A stretch of DNA of 64,000 nucleotides from an uncultured Candidatus Saccharibacteria bacterium. GTDB lineage: Bacteria; Patescibacteriota; Dojkabacteria; J137. The notes beneath the pieces were generated by a model, which had not been told where the DNA came from, ran no database searches, and saw only the letters and a program-made list of their open reading frames with translations. Below are positions 57,727 to 64,000 of this stretch, one piece after another; the stretch's first letter is position 1; each line of letters begins with the position of its first letter. The stretch lies in NCBI GenBank assembly GCA_964607415.1, contig CAZSKK010000001.1, positions 260,190-324,189 on the forward strand, given 5' to 3'. The position numbers and the translations under genes were made by a program.

Positions 57727-58679
57727 TCATGTACTTATCATTGCTGGATGCTATAACTCCAATTAATCTTAAAGACGAAAAGGTAAAGTTTTTTAAAAAT
57801 AACTTCAACTATAACCCTGCTTTTGAATATAAATGGGAAAAAATTCAATTTGAACGTAATAAGTATAAAAATCCTTTTAAGCAAGGTTTAATTTATGCGG
57901 TTTTGGATCAGAATACAAATTTAATTATTGAAAATGCCAAAAGCTACTTTGGGGTTGATATAAATAAGTATAAGAAAAAAGCGCAGGAGATTATAAAAAA
58001 TACTGGATTAACTTATCTAAATCAAAATGTTGAAGACCTAGCCAATGAATTTGAAAAAGCTTTCAATTACTTTGATTTGCAAGAATATAAAGTGGAAATT
58101 GCTGATTTGCATGGATTTAATTGTAGACCTAAGACAATTACAAAAATAATGCAGATTTCTAAATATGCTAATTTAGATTTGGCTTCAATTTCTGGAACAA
58201 TTAAGCACGAAATGGTTCATGTTCTAAGACACGAAAATAAAATTTTTAATAACCTAAAAAAATCGCATGACTATTTATCCACAGAGGAAGGATTAGCTTC
58301 GTTTTTGCAGGATAAATCAGCAGATAGCGGGCTATCACTATTTCAACATGCAGCTGAATATTTAGCAACAGAGATCGCGCTTGAAGGTTCTTTTATAGAT
58401 ATTTTTAATTTTTTCCTGCAAGCTGGATTCACCAAAGACCTTGCCTGGAAAAGAGCAACTAGGCATAAATTTGGATTTAAGGATACTTCTAAACCTGGTG
58501 ATATTATCAAACCTGCAATGTACTTTTACTTTGAGAATGAGATAAAAAAACTAAATATAGATGAAATATTACGATTATTTATAGGAAAAATTTCAATAGA
58601 TGATTTGAAATATTACCCTGAATATAAAGGCAGGTTTGAGAAGGAAAAATTAATTGAATTTTTTAGTTTAATGATATAG
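57723..58679 (+). CDS. DUF1704 / QEGLA-motif family protein
   Basis: HEMVH (HExxH) plus STEEGLASF (QEGLA-like) about 40 aa downstream. Confidence 0.45.
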   Translation: MIMYLSLLDAITPINLKDEKVKFFKNNFNYNPAFEYKWEKIQFERNKYKNPFKQGLIYAVLDQNTNLIIENAKSYFGVDINKYKKKAQEIIKNTGLTYLNQNVEDLANEFEKAFNYFDLQEYKVEIADLHGFNCRPKTITKIMQISKYANLDLASISGTIKHEMVHVLRHENKIFNNLKKSHDYLSTEEGLASFLQDKSADSGLSLFQHAAEYLATEIALEGSFIDIFNFFLQAGFTKDLAWKRATRHKFGFKDTSKPGDIIKPAMYFYFENEIKKLNIDEILRLFIGKISIDDLKYYPEYKGRFEKEKLIEFFSLMI

Positions 58680-58866
58680 CAGTAAATGATTTTTAAGAAT
58701 TAATTAATTTTTCAGCTGTTAATTTGTTATTAGTAATTAGTCAATTTGACATTGTACGAAGAACTTCATGCTTGCATTTATCCAAATTATCTTATAAACT
58801 TACACATAGAAGTCCCTACCAGGGAATTAATGGTTTTATATTTTATTAGTTATTATTTAAGAATAT

Positions 58867-59241
58867 ATGGCTGAAGCAGCAACACCTTCTCCAAGTAAAA
58901 CATCTATAGGAATAGATGAAAATCTAGCAGGAGTATTAGCATACTTCTTTGCTCCACTATCAAGTATTTTGCTTATAGTAATGGAGAAAAACAGCAAGTC
59001 TGTTAAATTTCACGCATACCAATCACTTGGTCTTGTAGTAGCATGGTTTGTAATAACATTTGGATACTCATTTTCATGGTTTCTTCCAGACTTTTTGTCT
59101 TTATTAGTATCTTGCGCATTATCATTACTAGGTCTTGCTACATTCGCTTTGTGGATTTTCTTAATGTGGAAAGCTTACAACAATGAAATGTATAAACTTC
59201 CTGTAATTGGAGATTTTGCTGAAAAACAAGCAAATAAGTAA
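58867..59241 (+). CDS. Hypothetical small membrane protein
   Basis: Three TM helices in 124 aa. Confidence 0.4.
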   Translation: MAEAATPSPSKTSIGIDENLAGVLAYFFAPLSSILLIVMEKNSKSVKFHAYQSLGLVVAWFVITFGYSFSWFLPDFLSLLVSCALSLLGLATFALWIFLMWKAYNNEMYKLPVIGDFAEKQANK

Positions 59242-59273
59242 GGTTACTGTAAGAGAAATTTGACAGAATTTAA

Positions 59274-59299
59274 GAAGCTCGAGGAAATCCTCGAGCTTC
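59274..59299 (+). terminator. Hairpin GAAGCTCGAGG-AAAT-CCTCGAGCTTC then TTCACCCTATTTT
   Basis: 11-bp perfect stem 33 nt after the stop of the 58867..59241 gene. Confidence 0.5.
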
Positions 59300-59437
59300 T
59301 TCACCCTATTTTGAAAATGCTAGACTTAACTGCAATTAAAATGCATGGTTTGCCACTTAAGCATAACAAGTTCTAAGTGGAATCTTTGACTCTGCATTTT
59401 CGCCCTAAAGAAAAATATATTAATTAACTGAATCGAT

Positions 59438-59713
59438 ATGACAATATTATTAGGCGCAGTAGGAGCTACAATCATTTTGATAGCATTTGTTGCATTACAA
59501 TTACATAAGCTAAAACAATCAGACCTTAATTATCACCTATTAAATCTTATTGGTAGCATAATTCTAATAATGTACGATATTCTACTTGAAAGTCTGCCGT
59601 TCCTCACTCTAAATACTATATGGGGTATTTCAGCTCTTTTCGGCGTAATAAAAATAATAAAAACTTACAAAAATTTAAGCTTAAAAAATCATCTGAGTAG
59701 CAAAACAAGTTAG
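59438..59713 (+). CDS. Small membrane protein, LAB_N-like (tandem paralog 1)
   Basis: HLLNLIGSIILIMYDILLESLPFLTLNTIWG resembles LAB_N; paralogous to the next gene. Confidence 0.4.
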   Translation: MTILLGAVGATIILIAFVALQLHKLKQSDLNYHLLNLIGSIILIMYDILLESLPFLTLNTIWGISALFGVIKIIKTYKNLSLKNHLSSKTS

Positions 59714-59743
59714 AATAGAATAGATTACTTTTTAAGTTTTTAT

Positions 59744-59974
59744 ATGACTACTCTTGTTGGAACTTTTGGTGCTTTTCTTATTTTAATTGCTTTTATTTTG
59801 AATCAGTTTCATATATGGAAAGATACTGATTTTAAGTATGACTTACTAAATTTTTTGGGGAGTCTATTGCTGGTAACTTATGCTTTACTTTTGAAAAGTT
59901 ATCCTTTTATAATTCTAAACACTGTTTGGGGATTAATTTCGTTAAAAGACTTGATTACAAAGATAAAAAACTAA
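59744..59974 (+). CDS. Small membrane protein, LAB_N-like (tandem paralog 2)
   Basis: DLLNFLGSLLLVTYALLLKSYPFIILNTVWG; homologous to the previous gene. Confidence 0.4.
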   Translation: MTTLVGTFGAFLILIAFILNQFHIWKDTDFKYDLLNFLGSLLLVTYALLLKSYPFIILNTVWGLISLKDLITKIKN

Positions 59975-59985
59975 ACTGTTCAGAT

Positions 59986-60013
59986 AAGAGGGCTGGCAAT
60001 AGCCAGCCCTCTT
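59986..60013. terminator. Perfect 12-bp hairpin AAGAGGGCTGGC-AATA-GCCAGCCCTCTT between convergent genes
   Basis: Read from sequence; T-rich tracts on both sides. Confidence 0.5.
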
Positions 60014-60022
60014 GTATAGCAC

Positions 60023-62749
60023 TTACTCTACAACCGCAAAGTTAATTCTCTTAAATAATCTCCCTCTTATTTCTCTTAATTTTTCAATTATTGAATAATA
60101 GGCAGGGAACGCTAAGATAACCAATATAACGCTTGAAATCAAACCAAAAATTATACTAAATGCTAGACTTTCCCAGAATGGTTCGGATAAAGCAAGCGGT
60201 AGTAATCCTACAATAGTAGTTGAAGATGTAGTAGCAATTGCTCTAAATCTGGATCTAACAGCTCCTGAAATTGATTCCCTGATACCTTTCCCTTCCTTTC
60301 TTGCTTGATTTGCAAAATCCATTAGAACAATTGTATTGTTTACAACTATTCCTGCAAGACCTATTACTCCAATCATTACAAAGAAGCTTAGTGGATTGTT
60401 GGTTATAAACAAACCTGGGAATAATCCAGGGAATGTTAATGGAATAGCAAACATTACAAGCATAGGCTGTGAAAATGAGTTAAACTGAATCACTAACAGT
60501 ACATATAAAAGAATCATTGTCGCGCCAAATGCAAAGATTGCTCCATAAAAAGATTCAAGGTTTTCACTTTCCTGACCTTTGTCAAACTCAATGGAATCAT
60601 CAGTTAAGTCAAGACTTGTTAATTTACCATTATCGTATTCATTTTTTATTCTATTTTCAATATCCAGAACTATTCTCGTATCTGTAGTATTTGAAAGCTT
60701 TGCCTTAACTTGAGCAAATCTTCTTCCATTGTTTTTTGATACTGTATCTAAATCAGTTACAAGAACTTCAGTAATATCTGTATCTGTAAAATCCGTATTT
60801 TTTAAGTACATTTCAAATTCTGAAGTTGCATTTTCTAAAATTAACTGACTATCTGAATATACTTGCATAAAAAACTGATAGTCTTCTTCTGGTGGGCCAA
60901 CACTGCTTGATGCAGGCTTAATCTGAGCATCTTTGAAGTCACCAAACTCATCTTTGAGTTTTTCTGTCATTTGCTTTGAAGTTATATCCCTTTCATCAAT
61001 TGGTGTTAATTCAATTGTAAGAAAAGCGCTGCTTTCGTTACCTTCAAAATATACAGCAGATTCAATATTTTCTTCACCAATTACTTTCACTGCTTTCTCT
61101 TCAATAGATTTTGCAATTGCTTCTGCTGAATCTATTTCAGTACCAGGATAATAATTAATTGCAATATTTAGTTGTTCAGAATCTTTCACTTCTGGAAAAA
61201 TATTAAATTCAAGTTTAGATGAAAAGCTAGCTCCTAAAACAACTAGCACTAATCCTAAAATTGCAATTGCGATTGTAAGCACTTTTTTCCCAAGATAAAA
61301 GTAAATCAGTTTATAAATCTGATCTCCCAACTTTTCTATAAGTCTTCCTGGTCCAAATGCAATACTATCTATAACCTTTGAAATACCCTTGTATTTCTTG
61401 CCTTCGTTTCTTTTTAAAATAATACCAGATAAAAATGGCATTATTGTAAGAGCTGTTATCAAAGAATAAAACAAGGTTAATATAACAGTGACAGGAATTA
61501 AATAAATAAACTCTCCCAAAATACCGCTAATAAATAGCATAGGCATAAATGCAAGAACTATAGCAATTGTTCCCGAAATATCTGCAGGCCCCACCTCACT
61601 GATGGCCTCTCTTATGGCATCCGTTCTTCTTTTCCCATCTCGAAGTTTTTTCTCTATTGCCTCAATCACAACCGTACCATCGTCTACCAAAAGACCCAGA
61701 ACAAGTATCAATGCAAATAACGTGATTACATTTAGTGTATTTCCCGTTAGGTACAAAGTAATGAAGGTTAAAGACATTACAGTTGGTATAAAAATAGCAG
61801 TAACTATAGAAGTTCTCCAGCTAATAAATATGAATGCAACAATAATAACAGCTAGAATTCCTTCAAGTGCATTTTGTTCCAAAGAAGAAATTTGGTCTTT
61901 AACGGATCCAGCAAAATCTCCTCCGTATGAAACATTATAGCCATCTAGCTTACCTTGTTCTTTTAAATCATTAATTTTGTGTTGTATTGCATCTGACAAT
62001 TCAATCACTCCTACATTTTCATTTTTTCTAACAACTCCTATGCTTACTGCAGGCTCAAAAATTACTTTACCTTCTTCATTTTTATAAGCAATTCTTTGGA
62101 AACTTGATTTAAAATCAAAAGTTTCTCCATTAGAATTGGTTTCTTGTGTTATTTGCTCAATAACTTCAGCAGATAAGACTTCTGGCAACTTCTCAATTTC
62201 TTTAACAATTTCGGCTGCTTTCACCTGCTGTTCTTGTATCAAGACACCGTTTGCCGAGCTCACTGTAAAAACCATATCATTCTTTCCATCAACTGAACTT
62301 GCATTGATTGATTGATAGTTCAACTCTATATTTGCAGGCAGTTTTAGAGAACTCTGGAGTTCGTTTTTTGCAAGTTTAATACCTTCCTCTGAAGTTAAAT
62401 CAGATGAAAATGTTACAAAAAAGTAAACTCCATTTTCAGTGGTTGTTGAGCTTACTTCTTCAACTTCTGATAAATTTGCAAGCGCGAGCTCTACAGGTCT
62501 TGTAATCAATTGATCGTTTTGGTCTGGAGTTTCAACAAAACTTCTAGTTGAAATTACACCCGCTGGAAACTGAACAGATGGAAAGCCATCTCTTTGTAGA
62601 AAAACTTGATAGGACAAAAGTCCAAATATCAAAATCCCTACGAAAATAAGAAAAGTTGATCTTGCATTTTTGGCAAATGCAAGACTTGTATTTGCAATCA
62701 TCGTTCGATAAGTGCCATACTCTTTCCTATTAGTCTTGTAATTAGACAT
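60023..62749 (-). CDS. RND-superfamily efflux transporter permease (AcrB/MMPL-like)
   Basis: 908 aa, 12 TM in two 6-TM bundles with periplasmic loops; GLLVDDGTVVIEAIEKKL and GTIAIVLAFMPMLFISGILGEF blocks. Confidence 0.7.
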   Translation of the reverse strand: MSNYKTNRKEYGTYRTMIANTSLAFAKNARSTFLIFVGILIFGLLSYQVFLQRDGFPSVQFPAGVISTRSFVETPDQNDQLITRPVELALANLSEVEEVSSTTTENGVYFFVTFSSDLTSEEGIKLAKNELQSSLKLPANIELNYQSINASSVDGKNDMVFTVSSANGVLIQEQQVKAAEIVKEIEKLPEVLSAEVIEQITQETNSNGETFDFKSSFQRIAYKNEEGKVIFEPAVSIGVVRKNENVGVIELSDAIQHKINDLKEQGKLDGYNVSYGGDFAGSVKDQISSLEQNALEGILAVIIVAFIFISWRTSIVTAIFIPTVMSLTFITLYLTGNTLNVITLFALILVLGLLVDDGTVVIEAIEKKLRDGKRRTDAIREAISEVGPADISGTIAIVLAFMPMLFISGILGEFIYLIPVTVILTLFYSLITALTIMPFLSGIILKRNEGKKYKGISKVIDSIAFGPGRLIEKLGDQIYKLIYFYLGKKVLTIAIAILGLVLVVLGASFSSKLEFNIFPEVKDSEQLNIAINYYPGTEIDSAEAIAKSIEEKAVKVIGEENIESAVYFEGNESSAFLTIELTPIDERDITSKQMTEKLKDEFGDFKDAQIKPASSSVGPPEEDYQFFMQVYSDSQLILENATSEFEMYLKNTDFTDTDITEVLVTDLDTVSKNNGRRFAQVKAKLSNTTDTRIVLDIENRIKNEYDNGKLTSLDLTDDSIEFDKGQESENLESFYGAIFAFGATMILLYVLLVIQFNSFSQPMLVMFAIPLTFPGLFPGLFITNNPLSFFVMIGVIGLAGIVVNNTIVLMDFANQARKEGKGIRESISGAVRSRFRAIATTSSTTIVGLLPLALSEPFWESLAFSIIFGLISSVILVILAFPAYYSIIEKLREIRGRLFKRINFAVVE

Positions 62750-62826
62750 AAAGAAATTGTAAAAAATAATGTAAAGAAAACCTTAAAATTTTAAAACTCT
62801 AAAAATTATAAGACAATTTAGAAGAA

Positions 62827-63261
62827 TTAAGTTTTGATATAATCATTAATATTTTTAATTAAATTATCCAGTTGGTTTTCAAAAGATGAAACTTTAACCT
62901 TATTCTTGCCATTAAGAATTTTGCTTACAAATTCACCCTCCAAAAAAGTTACTAGATCCATTGCAGTTTTTTTCCCTTTTTCTGTGAGCTTAATTTTTTT
63001 AAATCTTCTATCTTCTTTTGATTCAATTGATGTTATTAAGCCTTTCTTTTCCAGGCTAAGAATAATTCTGCTCACCATTCCTTTACTTAATCCGCACCAG
63101 TTAGTTAACTGTGTTTGACTTGTATCAGGTTCCTTAAATAAACAAATAAGAATACTGAAACTTGTGTAATCAAGGCCAAATTTCTTTTTTACAAGTTCGT
63201 TTGCAAGCTTATCCATTGAATGAACAATGTTATGTAGTTTATGTGTAATAAAATCATGCAT
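62827..63261 (-). CDS. MarR-family transcriptional regulator
   Basis: winged HTH LTNWCGLSKGMVSRIILSLEKKGLITSIESKEDRRFKKIKLTEKG; directly upstream of the RND gene. Confidence 0.75.
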   Translation of the reverse strand: MHDFITHKLHNIVHSMDKLANELVKKKFGLDYTSFSILICLFKEPDTSQTQLTNWCGLSKGMVSRIILSLEKKGLITSIESKEDRRFKKIKLTEKGKKTAMDLVTFLEGEFVSKILNGKNKVKVSSFENQLDNLIKNINDYIKT

Positions 63262-63265
63262 AGAT

Positions 63266-63289
63266 AAATAGTTTACCAGTAAACTATTT
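63266..63289. promoter_or_regulatory. Palindrome AAATAGTTTAC-CA-GTAAACTATTT immediately upstream of the MarR start (candidate autoregulatory operator)
   Basis: 11-bp perfect inverted arms with 2-nt spacer, 5 nt from the start codon. Confidence 0.45.
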
Positions 63290-63887
63290 GGTTGTAAATG
63301 GAAATTTCATTATGTTGGAAAGTTAAAAGGTCTAAATTTTAAAACGTTCTAGTCTTTAAGCCTTATAACAATAGAACAAATCACAATTCTAAAATCAAGA
63401 AATCTACATTAAATAAAATTTTTCTACTCAGAATATACAATGTTGTCAGTTAAGCACTTATAAGCAAGTAAAGTTCTGTCCAAAACTTCTGGAAAACACA
63501 CCAATACTTTTACTAATATATTGAATTTTCAGTTTTTAACCTATAGTTGTAGAGTAGTTCTCAATTGTTGACAACATTTTGTCTTTCTTTTAGACTTGAA
63601 ATAGATTCAAAAGAAGAAAAGCCTCGAAACTTTTACTGCCACTTTTTAATTCAAAAAAACTGACTATTTTTTTGAATTTACAAAATTTTCAAAGAAGAAA
63701 TATAAAGGAAGACTCTGGTTATATTTTTTGCATAGAAATTGGTTCGCGTACTAAATTCTTGCTAAAAAATTCTTCCTGCAATAAATTCCATTAAAGTGAG
63801 TACGTTCTCTGTCATTATGCACGCATTTATAACTAACCTAAAGTTTTAGCTAAAAAAGCTATGTATTTTAGTTGTTAAAAACAATCA

Positions 63888-64000
63888 ATGGAAAATTTAC
63901 CTAAAGAAAACAATTGGCAAACTACAATATTGGAAAGTGCCTATAAACTTATTCCTATAATTAGTAGAATGCCAAACCTTAAAGGTTATTTTGCCGCTGC
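63888..64000 (+). CDS. Start of an ORF running off the window end (MENLPKENNWQTTILESAYKLIPIISRMPNLKGYFAA...)
   Basis: ATG at 63888 open to the window end after a 627-bp non-coding stretch. Confidence 0.3.
   Translation, partial: MENLPKENNWQTTILESAYKLIPIISRMPNLKGYFAA

Noticed and set aside
1-64000. Alternative genetic code (UGA=Gly, code 25) given the CPR-like features
   Set aside because: Long conserved genes (uvrA, mfd, pheS, ychF) are full-length with TGA treated as stop and end at expected positions, so the standard code fits.

Overview
This is a low-GC (~30%), gene-dense bacterial chromosomal segment. It appears to use the standard code: large ORFs such as uvrA (1011 aa) and a 1030-aa helicase-nuclease are intact with TGA read as stop. 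The many small hypothetical genes, Cys-rich surface proteins, compact Mfd and frequent promoters sitting immediately at start codons resemble an ultra-small or CPR-like (Patescibacteria-type) bacterium, but that assignment is inference only.

Housekeeping genes are recognisable from conserved motifs, and the list is in the feature table. There are two tRNAs, Gln-CUG on the minus strand and Ser-GGA on the plus strand.

The most unusual content is listed below.

1. A family of three GC-rich ~65-80 bp intergenic elements has a conserved three-way-junction secondary structure and compensatory base changes, which makes a structured RNA or DNA element likely.
2. A 28-bp repeat family (TGTCATTCCGAGGGAAATCGAGGAAT) occurs in four copies. 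Two inverted copies bracket a small GIY-YIG nuclease gene, which looks like a mobile cassette.
3. GCTRATA heptamer tandem arrays lie immediately upstream of three genes.
4. PheS carries a roughly 265-aa N-terminal AlaX-like domain with a partly degenerate zinc motif, and no pheT is adjacent.
5. Two paralogous proteins with an RNA-polymerase alpha-CTD-like helix-hairpin-helix module flank an unknown gene between mfd and uvrA.
6. There is a tandem pair of unknown paralogs with a small gene between them.
7. An AbiJ-like (HEPN) candidate defence gene sits beside an MBL hydrolase and an S51 peptidase.
8. An inorganic pyrophosphatase ends in a metallothionein-like Cys/Glu/His tail.

All calls rest on motif recognition by eye. 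No database search was run.
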